DNA from: Nitrospirota bacterium
GTDB lineage: Bacteria > Nitrospirota > Nitrospiria > Nitrospirales > Nitrospiraceae
Direction: 5' to 3'
Length of the DNA stretch: 43,512 bases
Assembly: GCA_963703955.1 (NCBI GenBank)
Contig: CAVPGK010000003.1
Coordinates: forward strand, 1-43,512
Every line of letters begins with the position of its first letter. Position 1 is the stretch's first letter. The position numbers were made by a program, and so were the translations under genes. Of the stretch, positions 28,298 through 37,300 are shown one piece after another. The notes below the pieces were generated by a model that saw only the letters and a program-made list of their open reading frames with translations, ran no database searches and was not told the origin of the DNA.

Positions 28298-30133
28298 ATG
28301 AGCGACCACCGAGAAACCGGACAAACGCGCAAGGGAGAGGCGGGTCAGCGCTCGGATCAGGATCGGCAGGACCGAAACGACCCACTTGTCCTGATCGACG
28401 AATGTCTGGCCGCGATCCCGGACGATGACCCACGGCAGAGAATTCTCTTCAGACTACGACATCTCCTGCTGCAGGACGGTGTTGTTCGACAGCAACGCGA
28501 AGCGGAGTTCAAAAAAATCAGCGAAGTCGTGGCCAAACTCACGGCTCCTGCGAACCGGATCGGGATGCTGCTCGAGTTGCCGGCTGAAGGCTTGGCCCGT
28601 ATCGTGGTCGGTGGGGCCGAATACTATACGAATGTGGATCCCCGAGTTCCTGCGGCCGACTTGAAGATTGGGACGCAGATCCTGGTGAATGAAGCGTACG
28701 CGCTGATCAAGACCCTGGGCTGTGATCGGAGTGGGCCTGTTTTGAAAGTGGCGGAAACGCTGCCCGATGGACGGCTTCGGTTCGAGCAGGAACCGGGGCG
28801 CCAAGCCCTGATCCTCCAACGGTCGAGCGACTTGATGGGGATCGAGCTGAAGGCCGGCGATGAGGTGAGAATCGATCCCAGCCACCGGATTGCGATCGAG
28901 CGGTTGGAAGATCGAAAGGCCGACACACACCTATTGGATGAAGTGCCGACCGTAACCTGGGAGCAGATCGGCGGGCAGCAGACGGCGATTGCGGCGATTC
29001 GCAAGGCCATCGAGTATCCGCTGCTGCATGCCGAAACCTTCGCCCAGTACCGGTTCACCCAGCCCAAGGGCTTTCTTCTGTACGGTCCTCCGGGGTGCGG
29101 AAAGACCTTAATCGGCCAGGCGGCCGCAGTTAGTCTGTCGAAGCTGGTGAGCGAAGCGCAGCCCGATTCGACGGAGCATTCTCCATTCCACCCGCCCACC
29201 CCACACGCGCCGAGACGCGTGTCTGACCCAATACACGCGTCCGACCCGATCACGGGCGGGGTATTCCTGCACGTGAAGGGGCCCGAGATCCTCAACATGT
29301 GGCTGGGGGAATCCGAACGCATGGTGCGGGATCTTTTTGCCCAGGCCCGCGCCCGTCGGAAGGCCGGCTCTCTCCCATTCATCTTTATCGATGAGGCGGA
29401 ATCCATCCTTGGCACGCGGCGCGCCATGCGAGCCTTTAATATCTCCAACACATTGGTCCCCATGTTCTGTTCGGAAATGGACGGTATCGAATCGTTGCGC
29501 GAAGTGGTCATCATCCTGGCTTCCAATCGGCCAGACCTCATAGACCCTGCAGTGCTCAGACCCGGACGGATCGATCGGAAGATCAAGGTGGGTCGCCCCG
29601 GGAAGGGAGAAACCGCTGAGATTCTCAGGGTCTATCTCACTCCCGAGCTTCCCCTTGATCCTTCTCTCGTCGCCGCTCATAGGGGTGATAAGCAAGCCGC
29701 CTGCGGATCGCTCATTTCGCAGACGGTGGATGCCGTATTCCGGCGCACTGATGACACTCGACTCTTATCCATCCGTCTCCGAAGCGGACAACACAAGATT
29801 CTCTATCGTGGTGACCTGGTCAGTGGGGCGATTCTCGCCTCGATCGTTCAACGTGCGAAGGAACGCGCGATCGAGCGGACGATCGCGCTTCGAGCGCCGC
29901 TCGGCGAGGACCTCGCCGCTGAAGCCAGGGGCGGCGGGCATGGCGGTCTAACTCTGGACGATCTCCTCATCTCCACGAACGCGGAGTTTCGCGAAGGGGA
30001 AATGTTACCGCCGGATGATGCTGCCGAGGAGTGGCTCAAGCTGCTGGATCATCACCCCGAACAGGTCGTCGGGATTTCTTTGTTCCGAAAAGGGCGAATG
30101 GGAGAGGAGCGGCTGGTAGGACAGATAATCTAA
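28298..30133 (+). CDS. arc: Proteasome-associated AAA ATPase (ARC/Mpa family)
   Basis: GGAGG RBS; coiled coil then OB domains; Walker A GPPGCGKT, KGPEILNMWLGESER, Walker B IFIDE, SRH SNRPDLIDPAVLRPGRID; position in a proteasome operon. Confidence 0.93.
   Translation: MSDHRETGQTRKGEAGQRSDQDRQDRNDPLVLIDECLAAIPDDDPRQRILFRLRHLLLQDGVVRQQREAEFKKISEVVAKLTAPANRIGMLLELPAEGLARIVVGGAEYYTNVDPRVPAADLKIGTQILVNEAYALIKTLGCDRSGPVLKVAETLPDGRLRFEQEPGRQALILQRSSDLMGIELKAGDEVRIDPSHRIAIERLEDRKADTHLLDEVPTVTWEQIGGQQTAIAAIRKAIEYPLLHAETFAQYRFTQPKGFLLYGPPGCGKTLIGQAAAVSLSKLVSEAQPDSTEHSPFHPPTPHAPRRVSDPIHASDPITGGVFLHVKGPEILNMWLGESERMVRDLFAQARARRKAGSLPFIFIDEAESILGTRRAMRAFNISNTLVPMFCSEMDGIESLREVVIILASNRPDLIDPAVLRPGRIDRKIKVGRPGKGETAEILRVYLTPELPLDPSLVAAHRGDKQAACGSLISQTVDAVFRRTDDTRLLSIRLRSGQHKILYRGDLVSGAILASIVQRAKERAIERTIALRAPLGEDLAAEARGGGHGGLTLDDLLISTNAEFREGEMLPPDDAAEEWLKLLDHHPEQVVGISLFRKGRMGEERLVGQII
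29186..29229 (-). repeat. Type B hairpin-G-run repeat inserted in frame (antisense) in arc
   Basis: Reverse complement GGGTCAG-ACACGC-GTCTCGGC-GCGTGT-GGGGTGGGCGGGTGGAA; encodes FHPPTPHAPRRVSDP. Confidence 0.75.
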
Positions 30134-30135
30134 CG

Positions 30136-30217
30136 ATCTGATGATGTGCTGATTTGTTGATCGAGTAGTGTTGGGATCTCAATTAATCACACACGTCAAA
30201 TCACCAGATCATCAAAT
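30136..30217. repeat. Intergenic inverted repeat made of degenerate 8-mer units
   Basis: ATCTGATGATGTGCTGATTTG (30136-30156) vs CAAATCACCAGATCATCAAAT (30197-30217), 18/21 complementary. Confidence 0.6.
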
Positions 30218-30225
30218 TCTTTCAG

Positions 30226-31752
30226 ATGCGACTATTCGGGCTTGAAACGGAGTACGGGATCACGCGCGAGGATCAGACGACAGTCGATCCGGTCGTCGAG
30301 TCGATGGAATTGGTGCGTGCCCACTTGACCGCCGCCTTCGAGCGAACGTGGGACTACAGCGGGGAAGACCCGCACGAGGACGCGCGCGGCTTCCGGGTGT
30401 CCGGGCTTCAGCAGGATCGAGAGGAAGATGAGTTCGCCAAGCTGGACGCGCATCGTCCGTTTTCGTTCCACGAGATGAAAAGCGATCTGGTTCTGCCGAA
30501 CGGAGCCCGGTTTTACAACGACCACACGCATCCGGAATATTCCACACCGGAATGTCGGACGCTGCGTGATCTGGTCGCTCATGATCTCGCTGGACAGCGC
30601 ATTCTCCAGTCTTCCGCCGCCCGGCGCAACCGTGCGCTGGGTGGCCCATACGTGCAGCTTTATAAGAACAACACCGATTTTCATGGGCACAGCTACGGCT
30701 GTCACGACAATTATCTCGTCTCCCGTTCGATCCCGTTCTCCGCGCTGATTGCAGCGCTTCTGCCCTTCCTTGTCAGCCGCCAAGTCATTGCAGGGGCAGG
30801 AAAGATGGGGATCGAGACTCAAGGGGGTGTGTTCCAGCCGGGCTCATTTCAACTCTCTCAGCGCGCGGATTTCATGGAGACGGCTCTGAGCGTGGATACC
30901 ATGCATAACCGCCCGATCCTGAATACGCGGGACGAGCCCCATGCCGACCGCGCGCGGTTCCGGAGGCTCCACCTGATTGTCGGTGACGCGAACATGTGCG
31001 AGTACGCCACCGCACTGAAGGTGGGCACCACGAGGCTCGTGCTCGAATTGATCTGGCGCGGACTGGCGCCTGCGCTGGAGTTGGATGATCCCGTGTCTGC
31101 GATCAAGACCATTTCCCGAGCTCCTGATCTGAAGGCCGTTGTTCGGCGGAAGAACGGAGGGACGATCTCCGGGTTGGAGTTACAGACCGCGTATTATCTC
31201 GCGGCCCGCCAAGAGTTTTGGGGATCGGATGAGGAGACCGATTGGATCTTGCGCGAGTGGTTGGATGTTCTGACCTTGCTCCCGGCTGAACGGTCGCAAT
31301 TGGTGGGTCGATTGGATTGGGTGACGAAGCTGTGGCTCTTGGAGACCTTTGTGCGCGAAGAGCGGCTGGGGTGGGACGACCCATGGTTGGCCAGCCTGGA
31401 TCTCGAATACCATAATATCAACCCCGATCGGGGTCTGTTCCTGGGACTCGAGGCGGAAGGCAAGACCTTTCGACTCGCCAGCAACCGGGACATCGAAGAC
31501 GCAATCGCGGCAGGACCAAGCGACACGCGGGGTGGAATTCGGGGGCTGTGCGTCCGGAGGTTTCATGATCAGATCAAGTCCGTGCAATGGGAGCGCGTCC
31601 AATTTAAGGGTATGTTCATGCCGAAAGTGCTCGAGATGGGTGATCTGTTTGAACCGGAGGCGGTGAGAGAGTTATCGTATATTCTGGAGACGGCAGCCTC
31701 ACCTGCCGAAGCGATCGAAGCCTGGGACCAACGAAAGGAATACGCGCCATGA
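30226..31752 (+). CDS. dop: Dop-like deamidase/de-conjugase (PafA2 family)
   Basis: GLETEYGI; Dop-loop WDYSGEDPHEDARGF; NGARFYNDHTHPEYSTPE; YGCHDNY; NTRDEPHAD; RLHLIVGDAN. Confidence 0.9.
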   Translation: MRLFGLETEYGITREDQTTVDPVVESMELVRAHLTAAFERTWDYSGEDPHEDARGFRVSGLQQDREEDEFAKLDAHRPFSFHEMKSDLVLPNGARFYNDHTHPEYSTPECRTLRDLVAHDLAGQRILQSSAARRNRALGGPYVQLYKNNTDFHGHSYGCHDNYLVSRSIPFSALIAALLPFLVSRQVIAGAGKMGIETQGGVFQPGSFQLSQRADFMETALSVDTMHNRPILNTRDEPHADRARFRRLHLIVGDANMCEYATALKVGTTRLVLELIWRGLAPALELDDPVSAIKTISRAPDLKAVVRRKNGGTISGLELQTAYYLAARQEFWGSDEETDWILREWLDVLTLLPAERSQLVGRLDWVTKLWLLETFVREERLGWDDPWLASLDLEYHNINPDRGLFLGLEAEGKTFRLASNRDIEDAIAAGPSDTRGGIRGLCVRRFHDQIKSVQWERVQFKGMFMPKVLEMGDLFEPEAVRELSYILETAASPAEAIEAWDQRKEYAP

Positions 31753-31973
31753 ACGTGGTCATCTGCAGGGATGATGGAGCATCGGACTTCACGACAGTGG
31801 AACGGCGAGAGCGGCCCTTCGATCCGATGCCAAAGCCGACCAGTCCTTCGGAAGAAGAAGGTGGCCCGCGACGGCCGGAGTCGGAGTCGCCGGAGAAGGA
31901 TAATCTGCTGAAGCGGATGCGCAAAGTCGATCCGAAGCAGGCGGAGCGGTATCGGCAGAGGACGGGGGAATAG
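31749..31973 (+). CDS. ubact: Ubiquitin-like protein UBact
   Basis: Short acidic, Pro-rich disordered protein ending LLKRMRKVDPKQAERYRQRTGE (R[T/S]G[E/Q] terminus), between dop and prcB. Confidence 0.93.
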   Translation: MNVVICRDDGASDFTTVERRERPFDPMPKPTSPSEEEGGPRRPESESPEKDNLLKRMRKVDPKQAERYRQRTGE

Positions 31974-31992
31974 TATTGACGGGCACGCGTGG

Positions 31993-32082
31993 GGGCGGTC
32001 GGGCCGTCCCCTGTGCTCCCGGAGCGCGCACGATCGTAATCTGCTCGCTCGACGGGCGCAGTAGTGGACGACCCGACCACCC
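31993..32082. repeat. MITE/REP-like palindromic element (type A), without nested unit
   Basis: Arms 31993-32009 and 32066-32082 (15/17). Core 32013-32047 is 26/35 identical to 6369-6403, followed by a shared GCGCAGTA. Confidence 0.7.
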
Positions 32083-32129
32083 TATCTCTCCACCGCTCGT
32101 GAGGGGGTGAGGGAGAAGAGGGGAACAAG

Positions 32130-32921
32130 ATGGGAATGCAGGGCGATTTCATGCAACTGCTGAAAGAGCAGGGGTATCAGTTCGGGACACGAGGAGTGTC
32201 CGGGGAGGGGCTGGGTCAGGGGGCGGGCGTTGAAATTACGCGTGGGACCACGATCCTGGCGATGAAATATCGGGACGGCGTGCTTGTGGCGGGCGATCGT
32301 CGTGCTACGGCCGGCAATATGGTCATGTATGACCGGACGGATAAGGTGCTGGAGTTGGATCGCCACAGCGTGATGGCGATCGCTGGTGTGCCGGCGACTG
32401 CGTATGAAATGGCTCGCATCTTAGAACATTCCTTTAAATATTATCGCCGGAGCCAGCTTCAAGAGTTGAGTTTCGAGGGGAAACTGCGGGCCCTCTCCAA
32501 GCTGCTCAAGGAAAATGTCGCCGCTGCGCTGGCGGGCACGGGCGCCGTCGCCCCGATTTTTGCCGGATACGATGTCGAACAAGCGGCGGCCAAGATTTAT
32601 TTCTACGATATTCTGGGCGCCGAGTTTGAGGGCGCGGAATACGCCGTCTCGGGCTCCGGCTCTCCGACGATTCGCGGCATTCTCCACTATCTCAACGTTT
32701 GGGGCGAACGCTCGCTCGCGGTCCTGCCTGAAGAGGACGCCACGATCCAGGCTTTGCGGCTCCTGACTTGCGCCGCGGAGTTCGATTCGGCCACTGGGGG
32801 AGTCAACCACGAAGCCAACCTGTATCCTGTGGTGAAGCTGATCACGGAAACCGGTGTCCATACGGTATCCGAAGGTCGGCTCAAACCCCTCTTCGAAGCG
32901 AAGGTCTTGCGCCATGTATGA
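32130..32921 (+). CDS. prcB: 20S proteasome beta subunit
   Basis: Propeptide then G|TTILAM (Thr1 nucleophile); AGDRRATAG; K33-equivalent TDKV; SGSGS; DSATGG. Confidence 0.93.
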   Translation: MGMQGDFMQLLKEQGYQFGTRGVSGEGLGQGAGVEITRGTTILAMKYRDGVLVAGDRRATAGNMVMYDRTDKVLELDRHSVMAIAGVPATAYEMARILEHSFKYYRRSQLQELSFEGKLRALSKLLKENVAAALAGTGAVAPIFAGYDVEQAAAKIYFYDILGAEFEGAEYAVSGSGSPTIRGILHYLNVWGERSLAVLPEEDATIQALRLLTCAAEFDSATGGVNHEANLYPVVKLITETGVHTVSEGRLKPLFEAKVLRHV

Positions 32922-33735
32922 CGAACCCTATCGTTGGGTCGAGGCGGTCGGCAATCGACGCCAGTACCTCGACGAGCAATTCAAGCAAGGCAGTCCGGTG
33001 GTGGCTGTGTCGTATGCGGACGGTATCCTGCTCTTCACGGTGAGCCGCGGAACGCCGAAGCTGTACGAAATTTACGACAGGATCGGATTGGGCGGCATGG
33101 GCCATCCGGCCGACCTGGAGAAACTGCGCTTCAGCCTGCTTGAACTGGCGCACATGGAAGGGTTCAATCGCTCGCCGTCCGATGTCACGGGGTCGCGCCT
33201 GGTGAAGTATGGATTGGCTCCCGTGATCAAACAGGCCTTCGAAGAAGTGTATAAAGCCCCCTTCATCGTCAAGATTCTCCTCGCCGAACTGGGAGCAAAG
33301 CCGGGGCGAGACGCGTTCCTCACCATTAACTACGACGGCGGGTTCGAAGAGACGACAAGCTGTGCGATCATCGCCGCGACGCCGGATGTGCAGGCTGAGA
33401 TGACCGAGTGCGTCAAGAAGGAGGCGGCGCTCCCGTCGGCTTCCCTCGCACGGGCGCTGGAGGTGAGCCTGCGTGCGTGGACGGTTGGCTCCCTGGCTCA
33501 GCGCGTCGAAGAAACGGAAGACCCTAAGGAGGAGCCGAAGACGGAGAAGCGCGCGGACGCGGCGCATGAACCTGAGCCTGCGGCTATCCAGGCGCACCTC
33601 CGCGAGATGATGGGGGAAAGAACCATCGAATGCGCCGTCCTCGAACGCAATGCCCCTGGCTCATCAAAGTACCGGGTGCTGAAGGCGAATGAAGTCACCA
33701 ACCTCTTGCCGAAGTCCCTCACTCCATCGGATTGA
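32914..33735 (+). CDS. prcA: 20S proteasome alpha subunit
   Basis: GSPVVAVSYADGILL, KLYEIYDRIG; Ntn-fold without a Thr1; overlaps the prcB stop. Confidence 0.9.
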   Translation: MYDEPYRWVEAVGNRRQYLDEQFKQGSPVVAVSYADGILLFTVSRGTPKLYEIYDRIGLGGMGHPADLEKLRFSLLELAHMEGFNRSPSDVTGSRLVKYGLAPVIKQAFEEVYKAPFIVKILLAELGAKPGRDAFLTINYDGGFEETTSCAIIAATPDVQAEMTECVKKEAALPSASLARALEVSLRAWTVGSLAQRVEETEDPKEEPKTEKRADAAHEPEPAAIQAHLREMMGERTIECAVLERNAPGSSKYRVLKANEVTNLLPKSLTPSD

Positions 33736-33738
33736 TCC

Positions 33739-35220
33739 ATGCTCAATCGGATCTTCGGGCTCGAGACTGAGTACGGCCTGCTGATCAATCAGGACCGGCC
33801 AGACCATTCCCCGTCTTGGATTGCCCATCGACTGCGCGATCACATTTTTCGCATTCAACAACGCGGTGTGCTGGATCTCCACTACCGCGGCCACGACGAG
33901 CCGCCGGGCAACGGGGGATTTCTCACGAATGCAGGTCGAATTTACCTGGACATGGGGCACTTGGAATATGCCTCGCCCGAATGCGGGGCGTTGGCCGACC
34001 TCGTCGCGTCGGATCGAGCGGGTGACCAATTGCTGCAGAGCGCGCTTCAAGACATGGGCCTGAGCGAGAGCGTCTCGCTTATCAAGAACAATATCGACCA
34101 CGAAACCGATGCCACGTTCGGCTCCCATGAAAACTATCTGGTGTCCCGCTCGTTTCCCTTCAGCCGGCGGGGATTGAGCAAGCTTGTGTCCTTTCTGGTG
34201 ACGCGCCAGATCTTTACGGGCGCCGGCCGCGTCGGGGCGACCGGGACGCCGGATGGATGGGTGCCGATGGATCAGCTTCTCGTCCGCCGACCTGGATTGC
34301 GCAATGCCGGAGATCGGGTGACGGTTCCGTTTCAGATCTCGCAACGCTCTGATCATATCGTGAACGATTTTTTCGAGTGGGTGCAACAGAACCGGGCCAT
34401 CGTGAACACGCGAGATGAACCATTGGCGGACCCGAATCAATACCGGCGCATCCATCTCCTGCTCGGCGATTCGAACATGGCCGAGGTGGCGACGGCGCTG
34501 AAGATGGGAACCACCGGGTTGGTCCTACAGCTCATCGAGGAAGGGCATGCTCCATCCGGGCTGGCGATCGAGGAGCCGGTTGATGCGCTGAAGGACATCT
34601 CGCGGGATCAGGATCGCCGGTGGCTTGTCACGCTGGAATCCGGAAAGACGATCTCGGCTATCGATCTTCAGGAGCGATACCTCGAATCGGCCTGCGAGCA
34701 CTATGCCGGTCAGGATGAAGAAACAGATTGGGTGTTGGGGCAGTGGGAATCGGTGCTCAGGGACCTACGAGGAGATTACACCAGGCTGGTGGGGCGGGTC
34801 GATTGGGCGTCCAAGCTATGGTTGTTTGACTGCTATCGCGAGGCCGAGCAGGTCGGTTGGGACGATTCGATGCTGAAGAGCTTGGATCTGGAATACCACA
34901 ATCTGCATCATGACAAGGGGCTCTACTTCGGCTTGCTGGGGGAAGGGCGCGTGCCGCGCGTCACCACCGAGAAGGCCGTGGAACTGGCCCAAGACCACCC
35001 GCCACGAAACACACGCGCGTTCGGTCGAGGTGAACTGGTCCGACATCTGCTTGCGTGTGGCCCACCTGAGGAAGAGGACCCCCGTCCGGAAGGGCGGGTT
35101 TTTCCTGCCTACGTCATCAACTGGTCGGCGTTCCAACTCCGAGGCCGCCAGCCGTTTCTGATGCCGAATCCGTTCAAGAGCTATGTGCAGGAAGTGCGCG
35201 GGCATTTGGCGGAACACTGA
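33739..35220 (+). CDS. pafA: PafA-like ligase (UBact-protein ligase)
   Basis: RIFGLETEYG, FLTNAGRIYLDMGHLEYASPE, FGSHENY, NTRDEPLAD, GDSNMAE; lacks the Dop loop. Confidence 0.9.
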   Translation: MLNRIFGLETEYGLLINQDRPDHSPSWIAHRLRDHIFRIQQRGVLDLHYRGHDEPPGNGGFLTNAGRIYLDMGHLEYASPECGALADLVASDRAGDQLLQSALQDMGLSESVSLIKNNIDHETDATFGSHENYLVSRSFPFSRRGLSKLVSFLVTRQIFTGAGRVGATGTPDGWVPMDQLLVRRPGLRNAGDRVTVPFQISQRSDHIVNDFFEWVQQNRAIVNTRDEPLADPNQYRRIHLLLGDSNMAEVATALKMGTTGLVLQLIEEGHAPSGLAIEEPVDALKDISRDQDRRWLVTLESGKTISAIDLQERYLESACEHYAGQDEETDWVLGQWESVLRDLRGDYTRLVGRVDWASKLWLFDCYREAEQVGWDDSMLKSLDLEYHNLHHDKGLYFGLLGEGRVPRVTTEKAVELAQDHPPRNTRAFGRGELVRHLLACGPPEEEDPRPEGRVFPAYVINWSAFQLRGRQPFLMPNPFKSYVQEVRGHLAEH

Positions 35221-35446
35221 TGTACCAGGCATCCCTCAAGACGGCTAGGTAGTCCCAGGACAACCCTGCCAGCAAAACCGGCCCTCTCGCAGGGTTCCGG
35301 AAATAAAAGCCGGGGGTGGTATCCAAATGGATAAGCGGTATCGAACCGGATACGCTGAGACTGCGCCTATAGTTCAAGGAGCCATCGCATGTCCCAGAAA
35401 ATCATTGTTCAAAGCCACTTGTTATATCGTTCAGGCCATGACGAGC

Positions 35447-35463
35447 TTGGCATGGCCCTTGCT
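35447..35463 (+). promoter_or_regulatory. Sigma54 promoter
   Basis: TTGGCATGGCCCTTGCT, exact GG-N10-GC spacing, about 73 nt upstream of the ATG at 35536. Confidence 0.65.
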
Positions 35464-35535
35464 TAGATTCTACGCATCAACGCTTTGGTCAGGATAGAGA
35501 CTGTACGGCAGAGGAGCACACCACGGAGGTGGATC

Positions 35536-35793
35536 ATGGAACGGACACTCAGACCAGTTGATCGCGAGCTGTGGAAACCCGAACCGACAACCGAGACACC
35601 TCGCGCCCTCACGCACGACGAGAAGAAGGCGGCCGAGGCGGCCTTCAGAGCGGATGCCTTCAATCCGATGTGGTCAGCTGCCGCCCGCAAGGTGTACGAC
35701 GGAATCGTGGAAGCTATGGCGCGCCGCGGAATCGGTTCGGTCGTCAATGTGGACACGGAGGTGGAACTGGTTGAGGTCACCGATGGTGTCTGA
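35536..35793 (+). CDS. Small hypothetical protein
   Basis: GGAGG RBS; LTHDEKKAAEAAF...WSAAARKVYDGI; upstream sigma54 site. Confidence 0.75.
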   Translation: MERTLRPVDRELWKPEPTTETPRALTHDEKKAAEAAFRADAFNPMWSAAARKVYDGIVEAMARRGIGSVVNVDTEVELVEVTDGV

Positions 35794-35878
35794 CCGATCG
35801 AGCCCTATGCTCTTTTGCATCGTCCCTCCTGCTCGCACTGTTCAGGCGCGCTCGTGTACCAACCGGTAGTCGCACCGT

Positions 35879-37099
35879 TCAAGGCTTCTCAAGATCTTCC
35901 CAGTCATGCCAGGCGCGATCCCACCACCCCCTGTGCCTAAGTTCGCCGTCGTCATCTGTGACAAAACAGTGCAACTGGTTCGGCTTGTCGGGGCCCCATG
36001 CTAAACAGTCCGGACCTTTCGAACCCTCACCTGATCCCAGGTTTTCCCAACCGTGCCAGGCACCGTCCCACCAGCCGATATGGAAGAAGGCGTGCGAAGG
36101 GGATCCCGTGGTGTATGTGGCGAAACAGTGTAGCTGGTTAGGCTTGTCCATCCCCCATGCCATGCAGTCCAGACCCAACATTTCATTTTGGCTTGAAGGC
36201 TTGTAAGGACTTCCTAGGTCTTCCCAATTGTGCCAAGTTCCATTCCACCACCCGACGTGAACAAGGTGGCTGTCATAGGATATCCCCTTCGCCGGCCCGG
36301 CGAAGCAGTGCAACTGGTCGAGTTTCTCCAGTCCCCATGCCACACAGGACGGATACCCTCCTACAGGGTGCGCTGAAGGCCTTCCCAGGTCTTGCCAGTT
36401 GTGCCAGGTACCCTCCCACCAGCCTTTGTGCCAGAGGTGGGATTCATGAACACCAGCCACGAAACAGTGCAACTCGTCGGGTTTGCTCAGTCCCCTCAGT
36501 CCCCACGCGACACAGGACGGTTGACTCTCTATCTTTTGCCCAGTCGGGGCTCCGAGGTCTTGCCAGGTCTGCCAGCCGCCGTCCCTCCACCCTTTCTGCC
36601 AGAGATGACCGTCATCGCCAGTGACGAAGCAATGCAGCTGGTTGGGTTTGTCGAGCCCCCATGCCAGACAGCGCGGATCCCAGTCAACGATACCCCCAGC
36701 CGGTTTACCAAGATCTTGCCAGTCGTGCCAGGCTCCATCCCACCATCCCTTGTGTTGGAGGGTTGAGTCGGACGATCCTCTGACGAAACAATGCAACTGG
36801 TCCGGCTTGTTGGGTCCCCAGGCGACGCAGGACGGCTGACCCTCAACCTTTTGCCTAGGCGAGGCTCCAAGGTCTTGCCAGGTGTGCCAGGTGCCGTCCC
36901 TCCACGCTTTCTCCCAGAGATGACCGTCATCACCGATGACGAAACAGTGCAACTGATTGGGCTTGTCGAGCCCCCACGCCACGCAGTCTGGCCGACTCTT
37001 TAGCACAACAGAAACCGCTTGGGACGACCACAAGAACAAGACGGAGAGCGCGACGAAGGTTGCCACCATTGTCTTGAAGCTGGTCTTTCTGCTCATCAT
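35879..37099 (-). CDS. Secreted seven-repeat Trp-rich beta-propeller, PLL/fucose-lectin-like
   Basis: Signal peptide and seven ~50-aa repeats PxCxAWG.DKPNQLHCFV.G.DGHLW.KGW.DG.WH.WQDLG. Confidence 0.85.
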   Translation of the reverse strand: MMSRKTSFKTMVATFVALSVLFLWSSQAVSVVLKSRPDCVAWGLDKPNQLHCFVIGDDGHLWEKAWRDGTWHTWQDLGASPRQKVEGQPSCVAWGPNKPDQLHCFVRGSSDSTLQHKGWWDGAWHDWQDLGKPAGGIVDWDPRCLAWGLDKPNQLHCFVTGDDGHLWQKGWRDGGWQTWQDLGAPTGQKIESQPSCVAWGLRGLSKPDELHCFVAGVHESHLWHKGWWEGTWHNWQDLGRPSAHPVGGYPSCVAWGLEKLDQLHCFAGPAKGISYDSHLVHVGWWNGTWHNWEDLGSPYKPSSQNEMLGLDCMAWGMDKPNQLHCFATYTTGSPSHAFFHIGWWDGAWHGWENLGSGEGSKGPDCLAWGPDKPNQLHCFVTDDDGELRHRGWWDRAWHDWEDLEKP

Positions 37100-37300
37100 A
37101 TCGTCCTCATTATTATTTTCACTTTACGTAAAGTCGTGTTTCATGGAGAACGATGAACCTGCCGTTTGCTTCTTTCTCACGAATCGATCTGGATCTACCG
37201 AAAAGATTTGCAGGGCTCGCATTGGGTTCCGTTTGAGACTTCTGGTACAAGAAGTACTTCGTTGTCCGGTCTTCAGGTCCCCCTGATCTCTTGGGGAGGC

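Noticed and set aside
28624..29586. 320-aa antisense ORF and similar long shadow ORFs (27068-27886, 33664-34455, 5754-6518)
   Set aside because: They overlap well-supported genes and have no motifs; expected in GC-rich DNA.
31749..31973. Calling the modifier Pup
   Set aside because: It lacks the GG[E/Q] terminus; RTGE matches UBact.
35879..37000. CRISPR-like or DNA tandem array
   Set aside because: The repeats are codon-degenerate ~150-nt units within one ORF, i.e. protein repeats.
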